A DNA stretch of 64,000 nucleotides from Octopus bimaculoides (lineage: Eukaryota), in assembly GCF_001194135.2 (NCBI RefSeq), contig NC_068991.1, positions 65,158,907 through 65,222,906 on the forward strand, read 5' to 3'. Position 1 is the stretch's first letter; the number at the start of each line of letters is the position of its first letter. Of this stretch, positions 15,399 through 25,529 are shown piece after piece. The notes under the pieces were generated by a model, which saw nothing but the letters and a program-made list of their open reading frames with translations, did not search any database and was not told the DNA's origin. Both the position numbers and the translations under genes were made by a program.

Positions 15399-15575
15399 GC
15401 TAGAAATACCAGCCAACCCTTCCTCAAATTACACCTTACCACCATCAAAACAAAGAAACACACTGGATAATATAGCCTTAGATACACAATACCAAAGAAG
15501 ATAGTACAGTCATGGCTGAAATGTCTTTCATCATAGGTCTGCTCAGCTAGGGTTAACCTGGGATTAAATAACCAC
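15399..15575 (+). repeat. Old unclassified interspersed repeat (copies at about 2359-2525 +, 17491-17640 +, 22687-22870 +, 55813-55900 +, 59140-59310 +, 61565-61745 -)
   Basis: Recurrent CTAGAAATAGCAGCCAAAT.TCCCTCAAATCAC...GGACACA.TGGATAAT...GGTCATGGCTGGAA...GACCTGGG..TAAACAAC pattern, highly diverged. Confidence 0.65.
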
Positions 15576-18500
15576 CAAATAATTAATATAGTGAATGCTA
15601 TGTTTAACTGATGAGATCAGAATGAGACTGAAACATGCCTAGATTTATCTCCCATACTAGCAAGAAAAAATAATATATTACTAACCATTGACTAACGTTG
15701 CTTTCTTTTTTTCCCACTGTATGTATGTGAGACAGCTGAACAAATCCAATATTGGACTGTGGTCCAATATCGTTCAGCCAGCTCCCATATTATATGAGGG
15801 ACACTGCTAATTGTCATCAGTGAAGAGGTTATGCATCACTGGAGTCTGTTCTGGCAGCAAGTTAGTCATCTCTTGCAGAGTATGCCTGGTGCCATGATCA
15901 ACCCCTGAATATCCTTAGCAATACACTAAAACAACAATACCACAGTGTCATGCAATAAGAATTAATACAAAGCTATAATCTGTTATTTTCCACAAGAAAG
16001 GAGGAGACACGAGCAAAAACAACAGAAAGCTGATACCCAGGTTTCTACATGGTTATAATGACTGAAGGTGAAGAAAGTACTATTCTCAAGCAATATTTTG
16101 TTATCAGAGCAGCATCCTGACCTTGTGGTATGTCTGACTTGATTAAAAAAACTGCTTTGATTGATGAGATGATGGTGGGTGTCGCAAGAAAGCAATATAG
16201 AAAAGACACACAAGAGAAAGAGTTTAAAATACAAAGAACATGGGAGATAGTATAAGGAACAAGAATGGTAGAGTACAGTGCTTCTGGTAGTGGTAGGATG
16301 CCTTGGTTTGTGGCTAGATCCACTGTATCCTACCTGGTTGTCATTAGGCTTAGGGAGGATAGCAGAACAGAGATTTGTAAACTGGAGAAGAAAGTAGAAA
16401 ATGTTTCATCATTGATATGGTAAATGCAGGTAGAGACAGGACCAAAAATAAAAGCAAAGAACATGTTTTCATTGAGTGGTAAAACAAAATAGGTGTTGCA
16501 TAAATGACTGAGGAAGATAAACATGCTACAGCATGGGCCAAAAAAATCCAAACGTTCTTTGGATGTGTCAATGCTACTTGGAACTGCTGTAAGGAGTGAT
16601 ATGGTCAAGGAGATAACAAAATCATTATGATAAACAGTTGACAGCTGATGAAGGGCATGCCCAGCAACAGAAACTCTGTGTGTAGTGTACACACACATGC
16701 AAAATGTGGCTGTGCTCCTTCAAATATATAGCATGTGTTTGACTGCATAATACTAAGAAACAAGGATTAGAATTCACAGACCATTTTCTAATATTTAAAT
16801 AAACTATTTCATATATTGAATGCATTTTTTTTCTCCACCCCTGCCCCACACCATCACCCAGCATTTGTACATATAAGCATGTGTGCGCTATGTATGTATA
16901 CACACATATACAAGAGAGAGAGAAAGAGAGAGTGGGGAGGGAAGCTAAGTTACTTTCATATATTAACTATGCTAACATTACATTACCAGAGTGTTTAGTC
17001 ACCAACCCACATGGAAATTCTGTGATAATAAACAAATACATAAATACAGACAAGCAAAGCTGACAATAAAGACTTGGTAAAGTATTACTTCTCCTTATAG
17101 TCGATTGCTCAGTAGTGGTAAGACAGTACGGTGGTAAATTATAGAGAAAATAAATTGTAAACAAGCAGTGGGCAATAGAAATAGTGAAAACAGAAAGATA
17201 AGTGTGTAATTTAAGCATAGTAGGAGAGGACTGGACAACATAATGATTGTTAGCAATCCAGGTCAGTGATGTATTGTAAAGTAGGTTTTCAGTTCATCAA
17301 TGGAAGTGTAGAAAATTTGAACATTTAAGAGCGTTCAGTGGGAATGGGTAGAGTGTAATAAAATACCATATACACATAATAACATCAAAAAGACAACAAA
17401 GTAGACATGCAAAACATTTTTTTTCTTTTTTTATGTTAAGAATTGGACACGTTGAAAACTGATGAGGGTGCTTAGACCAAATAGGAGGCCCTAGATATAG
17501 CAGTCAAGTATCTCTCAAATGACAGGATACCATTTTGAAAAGGGAAGGACACAATGGATAAAGCAGTTCTTGATACAGAATACCTGAGAGAAAGATGAGG
17601 TGGTCATGGCCAGAACATCACTGTTATGCCTGACCTATGACCTATCTTTGCTACCACTTTGAGTTGCCATGACAACAACAGTTCCCAAATTTTAAAATCT
17701 TACACAAGCAACTACTCCAAGCAGAGGTGGGGGACAAACTCAGACACAAAGATACACATACACACGATGGGCTTCTTTCAGTTTCTATCTACCAAATCCA
17801 GTCACAAGCCTTTAGTCAGCCCAATGCTATAGTAGAAGACACTTGGCTAAGGTGCCATGTAGTGGGACTGAACCTGGAACCAGGTGGCTGGAAAGTAAGC
17901 TTCTTACACACCCACACCTGTGCCTATATGAATAACTTGAACATACATTTCATGTGCTGCATACGTATATGTGCATCATAGCTTTGAGATTTCAATGATC
18001 TGATTGCTCATTTTTACAATGACATTGTTAGATAGGTGTGAGAGGCCAGATCTGGCCAGTTTGAACATAAAACAAGTAGAATATTTTGGGCCAAATATGG
18101 CTAGTTTAAATATGCTAAAGCATTCAATCTTCTTAATCATATTTCTAATAAAATACACTGCTTATTCTTCATCATCATCATTTAACATCCACTTTTTCCA
18201 TACTTGCATGAGTTGGACAAAGTTTACTGAAGCAGATTTTCTATGGCCAGATGCTCTTCCTGTTGCCTACCCTCACCTGTTTCCAAGAGAGGTAATGTTT
18301 CCCTGTAGCTGGACAGGATTCCCATGGAAGACTAAAAACAAACGACCTTGCTTGTATGATGGTGATATTCATTTACAATCATCACATGATGGTCAAAACA
18401 AGAGCATACACACACACACACAAGGCTTCTATCAGTTTCTGTCTTCCAAATCCACTCACAAAGTGCTTGGCCAGCACAGGGGTCTATAGGAGAAGATACT

Positions 18501-19884
18501 TGCATGAGATGCCACAGAGTGGGACTGAACCCAAAGCCACATGGTTGAGAAGCAATCTCCTCAACCACACAGCCACACCTGCATCTATGAGTTTAAATTA
18601 ACTTTGAAAATATTTTAAAAGATTTTTAATTCTTGGCAGTGGATTAGTGAAATTATATTTTGATGCATTGTTATCGATGTTTACAACATTAATTAACATT
18701 AAGACTTTAATTAAAAGATTCATATATACAAAATCATGGTGGAAAGTTGAGACATTGAAAACACCTGAAAACAGGAAATTTTGTATGAGAGGACTAGAGG
18801 CAGTCTCAGGCGGGCTGGTGTCAAATGGATTAACTAACCTTGAATTTAACTGTATGAGTAGGAAAGAAGATTATTAATATCTCCTCGTAAAGATTCATGT
18901 TACTTATAATGAAATGGGAGTGGGGGTGATGTGAGTTTAATCAAAAGAAATTTCAGAGATTTGTGACTGAAACAGATTGAGGTGACAAACCAACATCATC
19001 ATGTCTGCTGCTTGTGGAAGCACTTAACGCCTACAGAACAGAACTCANNNNNNNNNNNNNNNNNNNNNNNNNNNNNNNNNNNNNNNNNNNNNNATGCTGG
19101 GGTACTGCTTTGAGAGATTTAGCCCATCGCATCAACCTTAGCATGTATTTCTTTTAAACTTGATACTTATTCTATTGGTCTCTTTATGCCAAACTGCTAA
19201 GTTACAGGAATGTAAACAAACCAGCACCAGCTGCCAAGAAGTGTAAGGAGACAGACACACACAGATACACATGTGTATGTGAGAGAGAGAGAGAGTTCTT
19301 TCAGTTTCCATCAACCAAATCCACTTACAAGGCTTTGCTTGGCCAGTGGATTTAGTAGAAGACACCTGCCCAAAGTGCCACACAGTGGATCTGAACTCAG
19401 AACCATGTGGTTGAAAAGCAAACTTTTCACCACACAGCCACACCTGTGCCTATATCATAAAATTTTTTAAATAAATATCCCAACATGTTATCAATTTAAA
19501 TCAAAATACGATGGAACATCAGAAGACCAGACAAGTGAGGGTGGGGAAGGTACATTTACAAGATGTTAACTAAACTATAGAAAGTCAGAACATCAAACAA
19601 GTGAAGAGTGTGATAAAATGTTAACTAAAATATTGGAAGTTGTGTTTAAATGTTAAAAAAAACCCACAAAAACAAATAAAAACAAACTGATAAACGGATT
19701 AAGTTAGAAAATTCATTAGTGTAGGAGTCAGGGAAAATATGTACAGCAGTCCGGTGTTTTAGGGGTTTCTAAATATGAAGTGCTCTACAGACGTCACAAA
19801 CACATGTTAGGAAAACACCTATCATCAATAACAACAACAAGCATGCAATATGTTACACAACACTAAATCGAAGTCAAAACTTAC

Positions 19885-19905
19885 CATAGAACCTGCTCGT
19901 TTAAG
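19885..19905 (-). CDS. Candidate 21-nt in-frame microexon (LKRAGSM)
   Basis: ttgttttgtttcttag|CTTAAACGAGCAGGTTCTATG|gtaagt: strong acceptor, consensus donor, length divisible by 3, stop-free in phase 0, 1900 nt after the previous exon. No homology support available. Confidence 0.45.
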
Positions 19906-21241
19906 CTAAGAAACAAAACAACCATTTCATTTTATTTTATTATTCAGTAAATAGTTTTTATTCAGAGAAAGTTTAAACAACTAATTCCTGATAAATTAAT
20001 TTTATTATAGACATGTCCAGTGTTTCTCAAACTATTCCATCAGAGCCCTTCTCACCCCTAATAGTTCATCTTCATATCATATCATCTCGTAAGTTTCCAT
20101 TATTGCAATAAAGTGAAAATTTCATTGCCATCTTCTAACTGGAAATGAGTCAAGATTGAAGTTCTCAATAAGACTTTCGTATGCTGAACAAGGTTACAAT
20201 ATCCTGACCAATCACCTATTGATTGTATTCCTGTTCCTATATCATCCATTTAGTGAGGTTCAATATTCTCATGGCTGCTCAAATATCATTGTTATTATCC
20301 TTTAACATCCACTTTTTTTATGCTAGCATGGGTAAGGCAGAATTTATTGTGGCAGATTTTCTATGGCCCTTCTTGTCATCAACCCTCACCTGTTTCCAAG
20401 CAAGATAATATTGTCTCATAACCAGACATCATTTGCACAGAAGATTGGACATCAATAACCTCACTTGTATGACCATGTTGCTCATTTATAACATCACATG
20501 ATCTCTAGACAAGGGCACGTGTGCATGCACACATACACACATAGGACAGGCTTCTTTCAGTTTCCATCTACCAAATCCACTCACATGGATTTGATTAGCC
20601 CAGAGCTACAGTAAAAGACACTTGCTGAAGGTACCATGCAGTGGGACTGAACCCAAGACCTCATGGTTAAAAAGCAAGCTTCTTAATCACACAGCTACAC
20701 CCATACCATCTTTGCTTCATGCTTCCATTGTGTTCTGTCGATGTATTTAGTGTTTATACTTGATTATATAGATTTCTTACATAATCATAAAATATTCCCT
20801 TCCGAGGAGGAAATGAAATATATTGCTTTACAATGCTTTCCAAGACTCACAGCAGCCTTAACTTTTTTTTCTTCATTACCACCACCACCCCTTTAATATC
20901 ACTAATATCAAATTGTACCCTATAGACATTGGTTTGCTAGTTTTATTAAACAGATCATCTACAATAGTTTATTCTTCCCCGTTGTTCATGGAGTTACTAT
21001 GTACAGAATCTTAACAGTATCAATGATATTTCCCTCGCCTGGCAATTTACTAGCATGGCTCTGAATTTGAAAAACACTGGATAAAAATTAATTAGAAAAA
21101 TAAAACCTCAATGTAAATAATCCATTAAGTACAGTCTGTCAAAACTGTTTTTGATTTTTAACAACTTACAAAACAGATGAAACTTAACTATTCCATTTGA
21201 AGTTGTATTTTAACGGTAGGGAACCTTTCTACAAAAATAAT

Positions 21242-21623
21242 TGTTGTTGGCACTCCGTCGTTTACGATGTCGAGGGTTCCAGTTGATCCAATCAATGGAA
21301 CAGCCTGCTCGTGAAATTAACGTGCAAGTGGCTGAGCACTCCACAGACACGTGTACCCTTAACGTAGTTCTCGGGGATATTCAGCGTGACACAGTGACAA
21401 GGCTGACCCTTTGAATTACAGGCACAACAGAAACAGGAAGTAAGAGTGAGAGAAAGTTGTGATGGAAGAGTACAGCAGGGTTCGCCACCATCCCCTGCCG
21501 GAGCCTCGTGGAGATTTTAGGTGTTTTCGCTCAATAAACACTCACAACGCCCGGTCTGGGAATCGAAACCGCAATCCTGTGACCGCGAGTCCGCTGCCCT
21601 AACCATTGGGCCATTGCGCCTCC
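21242..21623 (-). mobile_element. Second young copy of the same SINE, with 11-bp TSD
   Basis: Reverse complement aligns end to end with 55276-55658 (about 90% by eye). TSD ACAAAAATAAT at 21231-21241 and 21624-21634. A decayed relative lies at about 59725-60030 (-). Confidence 0.9.
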
Positions 21624-21805
21624 ACAAAAATAATATGCCTGTGAATACAGTCATGATTAAAAAGATAATAGTTACCCTTTCATTGCAATTAATTGAATCT
21701 GAAGTTAGTTGAAGTTTGAAAAATAAGGAAATACTTAGAATCAGTTTCAATTTACTTTAAGATTCAAAACAGAAAAAAAAAATTCCAAGAAAATAACAAA
21801 CTTAC

Positions 21806-21901
21806 CTTTGAATTGCTGCTGGCCATATACCAAAACTTCACGTGTCTACTTCCAACCGTTACAAAATAGCTTCCATCAGAAGAGAACGCTACGGCACTGA
21901 C
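21806..21901 (-). CDS. MAPKBP1: MAPKBP1/WDR62-family exon (96 nt): [32 protein letters not shown]
   Basis: Acceptor ctcacattcag|GTC, donor AAG|gtaagt; matches V.AV.FS.D.SYFVT.G.RH.KFWY; candidate branch point CTAAT at 21949-21945. Confidence 0.96.
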
Positions 21902-21949
21902 CTGAATGTGAGAAAGGAGATTTTATAAATATTGTCTGGTTATGATTAG

Positions 21950-22093
21950 ACATCAAAAAATACCTTAGGAATGAGAACCCAGGTTCGAAATTTCCCCAAG
22001 ACAACTGATGAAGGCTGGAGGGTATATCAGCTAAAACGTTGTATTAACAACAAACAAGATGAGGACAAATATCCATCAAATGTAAATAATGTA
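21950..22093 (+). mobile_element. Penelope-like element terminal (pseudo-LTR) fragment containing a degenerate hammerhead-ribozyme motif
   Basis: CTGATGA-A-GGCTG-(10 nt)-CAGCT-AAAA-CGTT at 22005-22040 fits the minimal hammerhead layout known from Penelope-like elements; ends in TGTAAATAATGTA. Confidence 0.6.
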
Positions 22094-23135
22094 GGGCTCA
22101 TAGTATATTCTTCTATGGCAGAATCCATAAGCAATGTCTAGCAACTGAAATACTAATTAGAAAAAAATATTTATTGATCCAACATGGCATTTTCACATAT
22201 TTGAATGGATTGGTGAATTATTTATGAAATTACAAATTTAAAATTTATGACTATTAATCTCTATTGTAACCTTGTGCCAACTAATACTTTGCTAATGAAT
22301 TTAGGAGAGAGAGAGAGAAAGAGAAAGAGATTTTATATCCTGCACTTCACAAAATCCTGAGCTACAATGGTGAGGTCTGTTGCAAATCCCTATAAACAGC
22401 TCTACCATTAGCTCTATGCTAGGTGTGTGGAATAAAAAAAATAAATTTCAATTATAAAATAGGTAAGCAAAAAAATAAAATAGGTAAGGGTTAGCAAAAG
22501 AAACTGCATTTAACTGTAAAACAATGCCCCAATAATATATATTCATCTAACCCATGCTTCCATGGAAAAACATGCATAAAACAAATGAGCAACAGACAAC
22601 AACTGATTTAGAAAATTGATTTGATTCAGAAGAGTTGACTATTCTTTCATGTTTATAGAAACAAGCCAATAAGTGAGCCATAGCCAGCTAGCAATAGCAA
22701 CTAAATTTCTTTTAAATCACATCCTTCTGTCTTAAAAAAAAAAAGGACACATTTTATAACGTAGTCTCATATACATTATGGCCAGATAAAGGATAGCAAG
22801 TGCATAGCTTAAACATTTTTGATAATATATCTGCTTTATCAGAGTTGATTGGAGGGGTGGGCACTAAGCAACTACATTAATTTTTATCTTGGATTGCAGC
22901 CATGCCAAGGCACTGCCTCGAAGGGTTTTAGTTAAACAAATTGAACTCAGCACCTTTTTTTTTTAAACAAATTGGTTGTGTGGTAAGAAGCTTGCTTCCC
23001 AACCACATGGTTCCAGGTTCAGTCCCACTAGTGGCACCTTGGGCAAGTGTCTTCTATAGCTGCAGGCAAATTAAAGCCTTGTGAGTAAATTTGGTAGACA
23101 GAAACTGGAAGAAGGCCATTGTGTGCATGTATATA

Positions 23136-23750
23136 CAGGGTGCGGTGAATAAACTGTCATCTAAATTATGCAAAAATGAAAATAACACTGACATCTCATT
23201 TTAACAGATATATTTACCAAAATTATGTAAAAATATCTTGAAATACTAAATACTACATTTATTCAATAAAATCACTATTGGCTTCAACCATGGCTTCCAG
23301 ACAACTTCGGAACCTCCTGCAACTCTTCTGGATGGTTTCCTTGTTTAAGTTGGTGAATGCTGCCATAATCCTTGCCTTCAGTTCATCTTGGTGTTACAAG
23401 GAGTTTTGTTGGTCTTTCACTCAAATGCACCTCACACATAATAATCAAGGGGGTTGCAGTCTGGGGAGTTAGTTGGCCATATATTAAGGGTGATGTGGTC
23501 GCAGAAATTGTCTGATGGCTTTGACTGGGTCCTCCTGCTTGTGTGGCATGGTGCAGAGTCCTGTTGCTAAACATAGGGTCTTCCAGCAGCCACCCTTTTC
23601 ACCCAGGGCAGCACTACCTCCTCCAGCTACTTAATGCAGGCCTCCATGTTGAGTCTGAGGCCATGTGTGAAGATGAATGGGGCATCCAAACACCATGATG
23701 TTGACTGGAGGTTTGATTTTTATCACTCTCGGTACATGTCCTCAGATTGA
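23136..23750 (-). mobile_element. Decayed Tc1/mariner-superfamily transposon of DD37D (maT) type, 3' part
   Basis: TA|CAGGGTG terminus at 23134-23142. Minus-strand translation RPYV*QQDSAPCHTSRRTQSKPSDNFCDHITLNIWPTNSPDCNPLDYYV*GAFE*KTNKTPCNTKDELKARIMAAF has 37 residues between the QQD aspartate and the NPLD aspartate. Confidence 0.88.
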
Positions 23751-23951
23751 AACCCAAATACTCTGAAATGTTTGCATTGAAGCTTCTGACACAATTGCCA
23801 AACAGTACAGCATGTCATTTCCCAATTTCTGGCTGAGTGAATTGTGTCATAGGGCTGTTTTTCTCACAGACAGGGCCCAACTGACCCTACTATACTGTGT
23901 AGTTGACAAAATCAAAAACAAACAATGCACATGTGTGAAATTAAAAATATA

Positions 23952-23988
<37 letters not shown>

Positions 23989-24460
23989 NNNNNNNNNNNN
24001 NNNNNNNNNNNNNNNNNNNNNNNNNNNNNNNNNNNNNNNNNNNNNNNNNNNNNNNNNNNNNNNNNNNNNNNNNNNNNNNNNNNNNNNNNNNNNNNNNNNN
24101 NNNNNNNNNNNNNNNNNNNNNNNNNNNNNNNNNNNNNNNNNNNNNNNNNNNNNNNNNNNNNNNNNNNNNNNNNNNNNNNNNNNNNNNNNNNNNNNNNNNN
24201 NNNNNNNNNNNNNNNNNNNNNNNNNNNNNNNNNNNNNNNNNNNNNNNNNNNNNNNNNNNNNNNNNNNNNNNNNNNNNNNNNNNNNNNNNNNNNNNNNNNN
24301 NNNNNNNNNNNNNNNNNNNNNNNNNNNNNNNNNNNNNNNNNNNNNNNNNNNNNNNNNNNNNNNNNNNNNNNNNNNNNNNNNNNNNNNNNNNNNNNNNNNN
24401 NNNNNNNNNNNNNNNNNNNNNNNNNNNNNNNNNNNNNNNNNNNNNNNNNNNNNNNNNNNN
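23989..24460. other. Assembly gap of 472 N following a (TG)n tract
   Basis: Run of N; the poly-X ORFs at 23847..24626 are artefacts of it. Confidence 1.
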
Positions 24461-24743
24461 GCTTTAAAAAAGGAAATAAGTCCTGGGGTCGATTTGTTCG
24501 ACTAAAACCCTTCAGTGTTCCAGCATAGCCACTGTCTAATGACTGAAACAAGCAAACGATAAAAGATAGTTGCCAAATGGTGGCAAACACAAAGACACAC
24601 AATAGGCTTCTTTCAGTTTCCATCAACTAAATCCACTCAGAAAGCTTTGGCCGGCCTGGGGTTAGAGTAGAAGACACTTACCTGAGGTGCCATGCTTGTA
24701 CTTTTTTTTTTTAATTTCTAGAATATAATCAGATAAAGCTTAC

Positions 24744-24860
24744 CTTGGAAGATATTTTATTTGATGCTACTTTGTTGTTAGTTTTCCAATTCCAGACATT
24801 TACAATCATATCATGCTGAGTTCCCATTGAAACAATATATTTCATATTTGGAGAGTAAGC
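24744..24860 (-). CDS. MAPKBP1: MAPKBP1/WDR62-family exon (117 nt): [39 protein letters not shown]
   Basis: Acceptor atttttcag|GCT, donor AAG|gtaag; matches the family motif [19 protein letters not shown]...VASNK.SS. Confidence 0.96.
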
Positions 24861-25480
24861 CTGAAAAATATACAGAAAAGAAATGGAGAATAACTAAGAA
24901 TTTTAAAAGAAATATGCTATCTTTCTAATTCATTTTTCTGTCTTATCATCATCATCATCATTTAATGAACACTTTTCCATGTATGCATGGATCAGGCAGA
25001 ATTTGTTCAGGCACCATCTACCAAATCCAACCACAAGGCTTTGGTCGGCCCAGGGCTATAGTAGAGAACATTTGCCCAAGGTGCTGTGCAGTGGGACTGA
25101 ACCCAGACCACCTGGTAGGGAGGCAAGCTTCTTACACTGGCAGCTATGCCTATACCTTTCCATAATCTACAAAGCAGCAGCAGTCGTCACTGCCATCATC
25201 ATCATTATAATCAATGTGTTTAAATTATTTCCAAATACAAAAATATGTTTTAAACATATTTTTCAAGTAAAAATAAATTGTTAGCCCTTTAAATGTTTCT
25301 TTGAGGTGTTTCCAAATTTTATTTTTAATATGACTGGGTATTCTGAGTTAAGACCTCTTTTGATAACATGCAACAATTACAGTTTACATCTACTTCCCAA
25401 CCCTCACCTCTCTAATGACCATTTCTGGCCTTCCTGGCCGCGTCATTCCTTTTCCAAATCTACATTTGTGTGTAGCCCTA

Positions 25481-25529
<49 letters not shown>

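Noticed and set aside
16000-17350. Very decayed Penelope-like RT here and at about 43700-44250 (minus strand); a CTGATGA motif at 17459
   Set aside because: Only faint motif echoes across frameshifts (e.g. FLAHAVAC, VPYTISHVLCI), and the CTGATGA lacks a following GAAA. A profile-HMM search is needed before calling it.
18990-19034. Possible extra exon after acceptor TTCTGTTCTGTAG (ALSASTSSRHDDV...)
   Set aside because: The only nearby donor is a weak GTTTGT giving 40 nt (frameshifting), the frame otherwise hits a stop, and there is no family similarity.
23847-24626. ORFs of 180-259 aa
   Set aside because: Mostly X residues from the 472-N gap.
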